A DNA stretch of 64,000 nucleotides from an uncultured Verrucomicrobiae bacterium (GTDB lineage Bacteria; Verrucomicrobiota; Verrucomicrobiia; Limisphaerales; Palsa-1400), in NCBI GenBank assembly GCA_963707025.1, contig CAVPOM010000004.1:480001-544000 (forward strand). The letters run 5' to 3'. Positions within the stretch are counted from its first letter, which is position 1. Each line of letters starts with the position of its first letter. Both the position numbers and the translations under genes were made by a program. Below, one piece after another: positions 30,487-39,922 of the stretch. The notes below the pieces were generated by a model. The model had not been told where the DNA came from and searched no databases. It saw only the letters and a list, made by a program, of their open reading frames with translations.

Positions 30487-32895
30487 ATGTTTGAAAAACT
30501 CAATCAGCCACCGGGAATTTCCCGCCGGAAGTTCCTCCGCGCGGGCGTGCTGGGCGTGGCGGCCGCGGCTTCGAGCGCGGCCCTTTGGCCCGGCCTTCTC
30601 GCGGCCCAACAGACCACCGGCGCCGACGGCTCATGGTGGCCGCTGGATCAGGACTGGCTTTTCGGAGGGAAATTCAACCCTGCCGCCCTGGCGCCGTCTT
30701 TTAATGACGCCGCCTTTTCCCGGATTACGCTGCCCCATTGCGTGGCCCGGCTTTCCTGGCAAAAGTGGGACCCGGCGGCGTGGGAGGATCTTTGGATTTA
30801 CCGCCGGCATTTCAGCCTCCCGCGCCAGTTCAAGGGAAAGCGCGTCTTGCTGCACTTTGACGGGGTCATGGTCGGCGCCACTCCGGTCATCAACGGCCAC
30901 GCCTTGCCGCAACATTTGGGCGGCTATCTTCCTTCGCGCTACGACATCACCGAATGGCTCGCCGTCGGCGACAACGTGCTGGCGGTGGCGGTGGATTCCC
31001 GCTGGGGCAATGTCCCGCCCCAAGGCTCGCCGAAAGGTCCGGCAGGCGTTGATTATCTTGAACCGGGGGGCATTTTCCGCCCTGTTCGCCTACAGATCGT
31101 GCCGCAGGTTTTCATCAACGACGTTTTCGCCAAGCCAGTGGACGTGCTCGGGACCGGTCGCCGGATCGAGGTCGCTTGTTCCATTGACGCCGCCTCGCTT
31201 CCGGCAAAACCGATTCAGGTCCGGGTCGAACTGCGGGATGGCACCCGCGTTCTGGCGCGCGCGGATCGGGAATTGAACCTGGAGAAGGCGGGCCAAGCCG
31301 AGGCGGCCTTAACCTTGTCGAGCCTCGGAAACGTCGCGCTCTGGGAGGTGGACGCGCCTCGCCTCTACGATGTTGTGGCCGCGCTCTTTATAGACGGCAA
31401 GCGGGTGCATGATTACCGGGTCCGAACGGGAATCCGGGAAGCGCGCTTTGAGGTGGATGGATTTTTTCTGAATGGGCGGCGGTTGCAGCTTTTTGGCTTG
31501 AACCGCCATGAAATATATCCCTACGCCGGCGGCGCCATGCCTGGGCGCGTGCTGCGTCGTGACGCGGCCATCCTGCGGCGCGATTTCAACTGCAACATCG
31601 TGCGCTGTTCCCATTATCCGCAATCGGAGGCCTTTCTGGACGCTTGCGATGAACTGGGATTAATGGTGTGGGAGGAGACGCCCGGATGGGGCTATCTGGG
31701 CGGCCAGGCGTGGAAAGAGTTGGTGGTGGAGAATGTCCATGACATGATCTGCCGGGACCGGAACCACCCGGCCATTGTCATTTGGGGGGTTCGCGTCAAC
31801 GAATCGGCCAATGATGTGGCCCTCTATCAGCGCACGACCGGGATGGCCAAAGCGCTGGATGGCTCCCGCGCCACTTCCGGCTCCATGACCTCGGGTTCGA
31901 GGAATAATTGGGAGCGGGACTGGCATGAGGACGTCTTCGCCTTTGACGACTACCATTCCGATCCGGATGGCTCTGTGGGCATCGAAAGGCCGACGCCAGG
32001 CGTGCCGTACCTGCTGGCCGAGGCGGTGGGGCAATTCAATTACACTCAGCGCAAGGGGTTCGACGCCAAGTACCGCCGGGCTGGAGATGTCGTTCTGCAA
32101 GAGCAACAAGCCCTGCGCCACGCCCAGGCGCACAGCAAAGCCGCCGCCTATCCGGCCTGCTCAGGGGTGATCGCTTGGTGCGCCTTCGATTACGCCAGTT
32201 TGGTCAATCCGTACGACGCGGTCAAATGCCCGGGCGTGGCGGATGTTTTCCGCATCCCAAAACTGGGCGCGACGTTCTATCAGGCGCAAACGGATGCAAA
32301 GTCGCGACCGGTCATCCTGCCCAACTTCTATTGGGATTTCGGACCGAATACACCTCAAGGCCCCGGCAAGAACGCCGCCATCTTTTCCAACTGCGACCGG
32401 CTCGATCTTTTCGTGGACGGCCGCCCAATTGCCACGCTCCATCCCGACGCGCAGAATTATCCGCACCTCAAACACCCGCCTTTTTTCGCCGATCTGGAAT
32501 TGGACGGCGCCAGCCGGCCGGAGCTTCGCATTGATGGATACCTCGCAGGCAGGCGGGTTTTATCCCGTGCCTTCTCCTCCGACCCGGCCCGGGACCGTTT
32601 GTTCCTGCAAGCGGACGATCAAGAGTTGATCGGGGACGGCGCGGACGCCACCCGGCTGGCTTTCGGGGAAGTTGACAAATTCGGCTCGATGCGCCCCTTT
32701 GTCTCTGGAGCGGTTTCGTTCCAGATTGACGGGCCGGGAGTTATTGTGGGGGACAATCCGTTTCAGTTGGCGGCCAGCGGAGGCATGGGGGCTGTCTGGC
32801 TCAGGACCCTGCCGGGCCGAGCCGGAAGCATCAAGGTGACCGCCACCCATTCTTCCTTAGGCGGGAAGCTGGTGAAAATCAAAGTAATCAGATGA
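30487..32895 (+). CDS. GH2 glycoside hydrolase with Tat signal
   Basis: SRRKFL; GLNRHE, VRCSHYP, DACDELGL, RDRNHPAIVIWGVRVNE. Confidence 0.92.
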   Translation: MFEKLNQPPGISRRKFLRAGVLGVAAAASSAALWPGLLAAQQTTGADGSWWPLDQDWLFGGKFNPAALAPSFNDAAFSRITLPHCVARLSWQKWDPAAWEDLWIYRRHFSLPRQFKGKRVLLHFDGVMVGATPVINGHALPQHLGGYLPSRYDITEWLAVGDNVLAVAVDSRWGNVPPQGSPKGPAGVDYLEPGGIFRPVRLQIVPQVFINDVFAKPVDVLGTGRRIEVACSIDAASLPAKPIQVRVELRDGTRVLARADRELNLEKAGQAEAALTLSSLGNVALWEVDAPRLYDVVAALFIDGKRVHDYRVRTGIREARFEVDGFFLNGRRLQLFGLNRHEIYPYAGGAMPGRVLRRDAAILRRDFNCNIVRCSHYPQSEAFLDACDELGLMVWEETPGWGYLGGQAWKELVVENVHDMICRDRNHPAIVIWGVRVNESANDVALYQRTTGMAKALDGSRATSGSMTSGSRNNWERDWHEDVFAFDDYHSDPDGSVGIERPTPGVPYLLAEAVGQFNYTQRKGFDAKYRRAGDVVLQEQQALRHAQAHSKAAAYPACSGVIAWCAFDYASLVNPYDAVKCPGVADVFRIPKLGATFYQAQTDAKSRPVILPNFYWDFGPNTPQGPGKNAAIFSNCDRLDLFVDGRPIATLHPDAQNYPHLKHPPFFADLELDGASRPELRIDGYLAGRRVLSRAFSSDPARDRLFLQADDQELIGDGADATRLAFGEVDKFGSMRPFVSGAVSFQIDGPGVIVGDNPFQLAASGGMGAVWLRTLPGRAGSIKVTATHSSLGGKLVKIKVIR

Positions 32896-33122
32896 AATCC
32901 CGTCGCGGCACACGGCCAAATCAGATCGTCGGCTGCCGTTGTCAATCTCCCGGGAATCATGGCAGTCTCCAGGGGTCTTGCGCGCTGCTGAGGGGAAATG
33001 TCCGGGCAGATCCGCAAACGTGATCGCCTCGGAGGGTTGCTGAAATTCAACTACCGGGAAGCTGAGTGAGCTGTTTGACGATGGGAGGAACCGGGACCAC
33101 CATGGTTGCCCACCTCAGGTTT

Positions 33123-35699
33123 TCAGAGTCTCGGCCAGGTATAGGGCTGCGATTTTATGGTAGCCACGCCTGGCTTGAGACCGAAAGCCTCGGCCCGAAT
33201 GGTAATGGCGCCGGGGGTTGTACCGGCCCGGATGAGGACGGTGGCGATGCCGGCCTCCGCATTGGCCGGGTTAGCCCGGATCCTGGCGTCATCAATGATG
33301 GTTCCCGGCCCCTGCACCGTGAAGGTAACCAGGTCGTTCCCGTTGGGATAGGTCGTCCCGCGCGCGTCACACAGGCGGGCATACACCCGGACGAAGTCAG
33401 ATCCATCGGCGGTCAGATCGCGGCCTGCTGTGTCTGCCTGAAGCTCCAAGTGGGTGGACACTCCGGGCGAATGGATGGTTTGGGTGGCGGCCACCTGATC
33501 GTTGATAAGCCCCTCCGCCTTCAGCGCACTCACTTCGGTGCCCGGACGGGCCACGCCGGTCGAGTAAAGCATGGAATGCTCTCCCAATTGGCCGATCTGG
33601 AAGGTGAAGGGCGGGTGCGGAATTTTGTGACCCGGGTCCGGTTTCTGGGTAGCCAACACCTTGCCGTTTTGGCTCAGCCGCACTTCTTCGCAATTACTGA
33701 ACACCGTGACCGTGGTTGGAGACTGATAGGTGGCGTAGTTGGCAATGAACACCATGGGGCCGCTGTCAACCCCGGGAACAAGGACGTCCGCCGGGCGCTG
33801 GCTTTGGAACATGTAGTAGTCGAACTTGGGCAGCCGGAAGAGGTCCAGGAACCCGCCATAGAACGGTTGGTGGTGGTAGCCGCGATAGCAGTCCACGCCA
33901 GCCCACAGGCACGCCCCGCAAAGACGCCCGGTGCCCGGCCCGTCCGGGCCATTGGCCTGTGCGTAGATGCCATCCATCCGGCTGAGGTGTGACCAGGCCT
34001 GGACGAGCAGGGGTGTCTCACCCCATCCCCGGGGCACGCGGCTGCTGGACTGCTGGTCTGTCCAGTTGTCCACCTGGTCTCCCCACTCCCGGACCCAGAG
34101 CGGCTTGCTGGCATTGTTGCCGCTGTAGTCAATATCCCAGCCATTAAAGCCTTGGAGGTTTCTGACGCGGTCTCCAGCGGCATAACACTGACCTCCGGGG
34201 TATTCCTCATGGACGATGTTCTGGAGCTGGATGGCGACAGGCCGGTTGTCGGTCTCATTCAACTGGGCTTCCCACAGGATGGCCGAGGCGTAATTGCGAT
34301 AGCAGCGCACCATGTCGCGGGCATCCTGCAGGACGCGCTCTTTGAACAGGTCATCGCCCATGAACTGCCAGCCCGGGTTGGAGACGATGGCCAGGATTCC
34401 CAGTTCGTCACAGGCATCCATGAAGGCCGGATCCTGGGGATAGTGACTGCGGAAGGAGCGTTAATCCCGGCATCCCGCAGCTTCCTGGCATCCCGAAACT
34501 GGGCTTCCGGCGAGAGGGCATATCCAACATAGGGATGATCCTGGTGCCGGTTGGCCCCAATGGAGATGAAGTGCTCCCCATTAATGAACAGGCCCTGATC
34601 CTTGTCAAATCGAATTGTGCGAATGCCAAGGCGCGTGCGGAACGTCGTCCGCGGGCGCGTGGTCGCTGCTCACGACGGTATGCAGCACATAGAGCGAGGG
34701 ATGATACGGATGCCACAGCGCCGGCTGCTTCACCTCCAGCGTTAGCACGACCGGACGGGAGGCGCCGGCCTCCAGAGGCAGATTGGTCTCCGCAGCCGCG
34801 GCCACTGTGCCATCGGGGGCGAGGAGAGTTTGCGAAACCTTGCAGTTGCCCGGCGCTTCCATTTCATTGGCCACATCGGTCTGAATCCGCACGGTGGCGG
34901 CGGCAGCGGAGACCTCCGGATAGGAGACAAAGACTCCGCCACCCGCCGGTTTGTTCGCCAGTATCGGATCCGTGACGTGCAGCGGGTTCAGGACCTGCAG
35001 ATGAACTCCGCGGTAGAGTCCCCCGAAGTAAGTGAAATCCAGGGCGTCCTGCGGTTTGCCGGGAGGCACCTCCGGGTTGTTCGAGTTGTCGAGCCTGACG
35101 GTGACGATGTTCTCCCCGTCGAAGCGCGCCTGCTTCGAAAGGTCCACCGTGAATGGCAGGTAGCCGCAGTAGTGACTGGCGAGGTGGACGCCATTGAGCC
35201 ACACATCCGCAGTTGCCATGGCGCCTCCGAACCGCAGGTAGATCTTGCGGTCCCGCCACAGATCGCTCAGGGCGAAATGCTTTCGATACCAGCACACGCC
35301 CTGGTAATTGACGCCGCCGCTGGCATTCAGTGGTTCCAGCCGGACCGTGTGCGGAAGATTCACCATCTCCCAGGCGGCGTCATCCAGTTTGGCGACATCC
35401 ACGGTCTGCGCATCGCGCCGGATGTTGGGTGGCAACTGGTCCAGGACGCAGAAGCGCCAGCCCTGGTTGAAGTCAAAATCCTTGCGTATATCGGACGGTC
35501 GAGGCCAGGTTGGGCTTGCAGGGGCCGTTTCCACCGTGGTTTGAGTCTGGTCCGAAGCAGGGGATGTGGTGCCCGTGGTCAGGATGCAGGAGAGCAGGAG
35601 GAATGCAACCAGCAGCGATTGTCCTCCACTGGCCAGGCCGCGATGTCGTTCGCTTGACCCAACGCTTTCCATGAGGTGATTGATGAGAAATTGCTTCAT
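33123..35699 (-). CDS. GH2 glycoside hydrolase, frameshifts at ~34460-34650
   Basis: DFNQGWRF, WYRKHF and FGGLYR in ORF 34605..35741; DACDELGI, ILWEAQLNE and LDLFRLPK in ORF 33123..34421. Confidence 0.85.
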
Positions 35700-35965
35700 C
35701 ACAGCGATCCCAAAGGTGGCTGTCTTGAGCGGTTGTTGCAAGCAAAAAGCCCCGCAAACCGACGGTGAGATAAGACTTCTCCCAGACAGAGCAGGGACAA
35801 GAAGCCGGACTGTGCCTGCACCACTTTTACTTCAATTTGCCTGATTAACAAGGATACGGAGGCAGAAGATGGCGCGGTGTGTCGGCCTGGGGACAGTGAA
35901 GGTGTTGGCGCCGGGGCTCCAATAAGCTGGGTTTGGTCGGCGCTGAATGGGCCATTCCGAGAGAT

Positions 35966-36100
35966 TAGGGCGGTTTAAGAAATTGTGCAGCCCTAAATGA
36001 GGATGGCAGGGCAAGCACTCCGTGCGCGCCGCGGCGGGTCCCGATAATTCGGGACCCGCCCTGCCGCGTAATGCGGCTACAGCATTTGTGAACTAGACCG
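35966..36100 (+). repeat. Dispersed repeat family B, copy 1 (direct copy at 48851-48984)
   Basis: Shared blocks TAGGGCGGTTTA.GAAATT, CCCTAAATGAG.ATGGCAGGGC..GCACTCCGTGCG.GCCGC and GCGTAATGCGGCTACAG.ATTTGTGAA. Confidence 0.85.
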
Positions 36101-36143
36101 CGGCCACAACCGTAAAACCGGTCTTGCAGAAGTCGCGTGTTGT

Positions 36144-38630
36144 TTACTGGTTGCCGGACGGGCCGGGGGTATTGGTGCGAAGGATACTCACATATTTGAG
36201 CGCCACGTCATTGGTGGAGTGCTCTTGCAGCACCTCCTCAAACTGGGCCAGCGCTTCCGGGTTGCGATGCTGGTTGAACAGCGCGATGCCCAAATTCAAA
36301 CGGGCCTCCAGCAATCCCGGCTTCAGCCGCACCGCCTCCGCGAACTCCTGGGTCGCGCCAGCCGCGTCGCCCTCCCGTCCCATTTCCAAACCAAGGGAAA
36401 AGTGGGCCTCGGCGAACTTCGGATCCAATCGCACGGCTTCCGCGTAATGGGCTTTGGCTTCCTCATGCCGCCCCAACTTAATCAGGCTCAGGCCCAAATT
36501 GACCTGCACTTCCGGATCAGCCGGATTCAGGCGGAGGGAATCGGTGAAATTAGTGACGGCGGACTCGTACCAGCCCTTGCTGAAGGAAACCTTGCCCAGC
36601 GCGCTGAAGCTCTCCGGGGTGCGGACCCGGTTGACGAGGGATTCCTGGAATTGTTGGTTTGCTTCCTCCAGTTTGCCCAAGGCCTCGAGCGCTTTGCCCA
36701 GACCCAGATGCGCCGGCCCCCAGTAAGGTTTGAGCCGCAGTACTTTTCGGAACTCCGCGGCGGCTTCTTCGTTGCGGCCCAGTTGCGCTTCCAACACCGC
36801 CAGACTGTTCATCGCCTCCACCGCGTCCGGTTTCAACCGGATGGCCTGTTGCAAGGCGGCCATGGCTTCCCCGTTGCGTTTCGCCCCCTCCAGCGCCACA
36901 CCCAAACTCCGCCACGCGTCGGCGCTGTGCGGCAGCAGGCCCACCACCCGCTGCAATGATTCAGTCTCGCCGGCCGCGTCCCCGGTCTTCTGCTGGAGGA
37001 ACGCCAGGTTTTCTTGCAGAATCCAGTCATTGGTCGCGGCGGCGGCGGCGGCCTTGGTCAGGGCTTCTTCCTGGCGGAGAGCGTCCGGCCGGGTGGCGGG
37101 CAAGAGTTGTTCCACCTGCCGGCGCAAAAGCTCATACTGCTCCCTATTATTGACTTGCTGGGAGAAGGGAGGCTCGTTCAGGCGGCTGAGAATGTCCATC
37201 TCCCCGTCGCGCCGCGTGGAATCTGTCCATCCCAGCCGCCGGGCGCAGTCCTCCGCGGTGGGCCAGGGGTGCGACGCCCGCCCGGGCAAACCCTGCGCCA
37301 CTTGTTCCGCCAGAGTCAGCGCCACCAGATAGTTGCCTTCAAAGGTCAGATGGACATGCTCGTAGAGAAATTTTCCGCCGGGGATGCCGTGCGGGCATTG
37401 CTGTGCCATCGCGGCTTCCGCGTCCACCAACCGCACGCCCGCGCGCGCCCGGTTGGACGCGGCCTGCCGGATGATTTGGTTGAGGCGGCTGTCGGCGCGG
37501 AAGCGGAGAACATCTTGATCGCAAGCCAGGTTAAACTGCCGTAGCGCCTCCCCATCCCGGCCCAACGCCAGGGCGCACTGGCCCTGGCGAAAGTGCGCCT
37601 CGGCAAACGTATCGTCCATCTGGTCCGCTTGTCCAAAAGACGCCGCCGCTTCCGCCGCCCGGCCCGCTTGCTGCGCCTGGATGCCGGCCTGGTAAAAATT
37701 GTCCCAGCGCGCTAATTCTTCGGCGGACATCCCCGTCCGATGCTCCGAAGCGAAGGGGCCGCAATCCGCCAGATTGCGGGCGACGGTGCTGACCACGATT
37801 TTCGCCCCGCTGCGCAGGCCAAGGTCAATAATGTCGTTCAGGTTGCGTTCGAAGCTGCCATAGACCACCGCCATGCGCGGGTCCTCCTGGCGGACGTGGT
37901 GGTGCAGGAACATGATCATGCCGCCCCATTCGCTCTGGTTGAGCGGCCGTTTTTGAAAATGGCGCAACAGGCTGCCCAAGGCCTGTCCAAGGCGCGTGCC
38001 CTTGAAGGCCACCGCGGCGCGGACCAGCGCCAGATTGGCCGCTGGCGGGCCAAAAACCGTGCCCGAACCATAAGGCCCCACCACTTCGTTGTTGCCCATA
38101 TAGATCACCCAGAAGTCCCCGTGTTGCGCCGCGCAATCCCTGGCAATGGGCAGGATGACGTGGGAATCGATCGCCGTCATGGCCGTATTGACCACTTCAA
38201 AATGCTGCTCCGGGTAACGCCCCTCCAACAAGGCTTGCAAAACCCGGCACAGGCCGAATTCAGGCTGCGGATCGCCGTAAGCCGCCGACTCGCCAAAGAC
38301 GAAAACGCGGATCGTATCCGGCGCCTTGACTTTGGGGATGACCAGCGGAAAGGGGCTGCGCGCCATTTCCGGGCCGAAAAAGCGCCAGCCAAAACGGTCG
38401 TTCTCGATCAGGCAATCCTTCCCATTGATCCGCAGCGGCAGAAAGAAGGACATGGGGTGGCCGACCCCCGCCAGGCGCAAGCCGGCCTCCACGGCCACCA
38501 AGAGCAGCGCCGGCCCCAGCACCGCCGCCGCCAGGCGAAAAAGCCAGAGCCTCCGGCGCGGCCGCGGGAGCGGATGGGCCGGCGGCGACCGGCCGCGCGC
38601 GGAGGAACCCTTGGAGCGGGGCGATTTCAT
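36144..38630 (-). CDS. Membrane-anchored SGNH-like domain plus TPR protein
   Basis: TM segment; FVFGESAAYG, MGNNE, EHVHLTFEGNY; multiple TPRs (AEAHFSLG, LEARLNLG). Confidence 0.85.
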   Translation of the reverse strand: MKSPRSKGSSARGRSPPAHPLPRPRRRLWLFRLAAAVLGPALLLVAVEAGLRLAGVGHPMSFFLPLRINGKDCLIENDRFGWRFFGPEMARSPFPLVIPKVKAPDTIRVFVFGESAAYGDPQPEFGLCRVLQALLEGRYPEQHFEVVNTAMTAIDSHVILPIARDCAAQHGDFWVIYMGNNEVVGPYGSGTVFGPPAANLALVRAAVAFKGTRLGQALGSLLRHFQKRPLNQSEWGGMIMFLHHHVRQEDPRMAVVYGSFERNLNDIIDLGLRSGAKIVVSTVARNLADCGPFASEHRTGMSAEELARWDNFYQAGIQAQQAGRAAEAAASFGQADQMDDTFAEAHFRQGQCALALGRDGEALRQFNLACDQDVLRFRADSRLNQIIRQAASNRARAGVRLVDAEAAMAQQCPHGIPGGKFLYEHVHLTFEGNYLVALTLAEQVAQGLPGRASHPWPTAEDCARRLGWTDSTRRDGEMDILSRLNEPPFSQQVNNREQYELLRRQVEQLLPATRPDALRQEEALTKAAAAAATNDWILQENLAFLQQKTGDAAGETESLQRVVGLLPHSADAWRSLGVALEGAKRNGEAMAALQQAIRLKPDAVEAMNSLAVLEAQLGRNEEAAAEFRKVLRLKPYWGPAHLGLGKALEALGKLEEANQQFQESLVNRVRTPESFSALGKVSFSKGWYESAVTNFTDSLRLNPADPEVQVNLGLSLIKLGRHEEAKAHYAEAVRLDPKFAEAHFSLGLEMGREGDAAGATQEFAEAVRLKPGLLEARLNLGIALFNQHRNPEALAQFEEVLQEHSTNDVALKYVSILRTNTPGPSGNQ

Positions 38631-38689
38631 ATTTCACTTCTTCGGGTGGCTCCAGACGGCCAAGTCAATACTTCCAGATTTCGGACGTT

Positions 38690-38819
38690 CTCGATTGAGA
38701 ATTGCTCACGGAAGTTTTGTTATTGGTTATCGGAAGAGGTTTACATGACCAATGACCAATTCTCAATGACCAATTCTCAATCGCATGAATCGCTCAAATC
38801 CTGCCCAAGGCAAAGCAGC
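38690..38819 (-). repeat. Dispersed repeat family A, copy 2
   Basis: Inverted homologue of 10416-10545; internal ATGACCAATTCTCA duplication. Confidence 0.85.
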
Positions 38820-38833
38820 GGCTTCGTAAGTAT

Positions 38834-38874
38834 TTGATAATCAATGGAGCGGGTGAAGCGAATCGAACCCTCGT
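38834..38874 (-). repeat. att-like 41-bp direct repeat containing a tRNA-Gly 3' end, copy 1
   Basis: TTGATAATCAATGGAGCGGGTGAAGCGAATCGAACCCTCGT, identical to 47360-47400; minus strand ACGAGGGTTCGATTCGCTTCACCCGCTCCA is T-arm + acceptor + CCA. Confidence 0.9.
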
Positions 38875-39110
38875 TCCGGTGACATTTTATATACCGTTGA
38901 TAATTAACATGTTACACATTATGCTGTCATAGCGGGGTTCGTTTATAGAGTGGCTCATAAACCAAACGAGTTGCAGAAAGTGGCTTAAAGTAGTGCAGAA
39001 TTCGACTTCGACACATGCGATTCCCCGCGTGATCCGCGCTTCTCATTTCGAGGATGCTCCAAGTCGGATTTCGCACCCGAACGGGAGAATGCGTCATGGC
39101 TTGCGGCGGG

Positions 39111-39818
39111 TCATTCGAGGCCGCCCCGGTGATCGGTCCTGCCGGTTTGGCGTCTAATCGCATGCCGTTCGGCTGCCTGTTCAAACTGGGCTGCCAAGCG
39201 TTTGGTTTCCTTCTTGATCGCTGCGGAAATTCGGTGGCGCGTTACGTAAACATTGGCGAGAGTAACGCCCAAGGATTGCGCGACCTCGGTTCCCGTCCAT
39301 TCCTTGAGAACGAGCAGGTCGAAAATCTGGAATTGTCTGTCGGTGAAATCTTCCTTCACCCGCTCCAGGGCGACGGCAAAAAGGTTCTTGCGCCATTCGG
39401 TTTCGAAGAGCGCGTCCAGGTCAATCGAGGCCGGATCGGGGACGCGGTTGATTGTGGAGGTTCTCGCCGTGTCATCGTCCACTTGGGGACCGGCGATGTG
39501 AGCCGTTTCCCGGTGACGCTTCTTGATCTGATCCTTGATGCGCCAGGCGGCTTGGTTCAAGAGCCAAGTCTTGAACTTGCACACTTTCGGATCGTAACGG
39601 TATTCCGGCAGATGCCGCGACATGGCGATGGCCGTCTCCTGCACGATCTCATCGGCTTCCGTCTCGGTCAAGCCGGACTGAATGGCAAAGGCCCGCATCA
39701 TCTTGCCGTAAATGCGATAGAACTCGTTCCAACCGTCGGCGTCATCCGTCTTGAGCCGCCGGAGCAAACTGGGCCGCGTTTGAATGGAGCTGGGTTCATC
39801 CATCGCCATGAAGATCAT
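39111..39818 (-). CDS. ECF sigma factor (PVC type)
   Basis: TRPSLLRRLK...WNEFYRIY, EADEIVQE, FKTWL; region 4 EVAQSLGVTLANVYVTRHR. Confidence 0.92.
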   Translation of the reverse strand: MIFMAMDEPSSIQTRPSLLRRLKTDDADGWNEFYRIYGKMMRAFAIQSGLTETEADEIVQETAIAMSRHLPEYRYDPKVCKFKTWLLNQAAWRIKDQIKKRHRETAHIAGPQVDDDTARTSTINRVPDPASIDLDALFETEWRKNLFAVALERVKEDFTDRQFQIFDLLVLKEWTGTEVAQSLGVTLANVYVTRHRISAAIKKETKRLAAQFEQAAERHAIRRQTGRTDHRGGLE

Positions 39819-39829
39819 ACTATCATTTT

Positions 39830-39888
39830 AACGCCGATCCGCGAGGATTCTTACAACTATTCTGTAAGCATTGCCGCGCCGGGTCGTT
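39830..39888. promoter_or_regulatory. Back-to-back ECF-type promoters TGTAAG-N16-CGTT
   Basis: Minus: TGTAAG 39855-39850 and CGTT 39833-39830. Plus: TGTAAG 39863-39868 and CGTT 39885-39888. Confidence 0.7.
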
Positions 39889-39922
39889 TAAACAGATGAA
39901 TCGAACGGACAATCATCCATAA

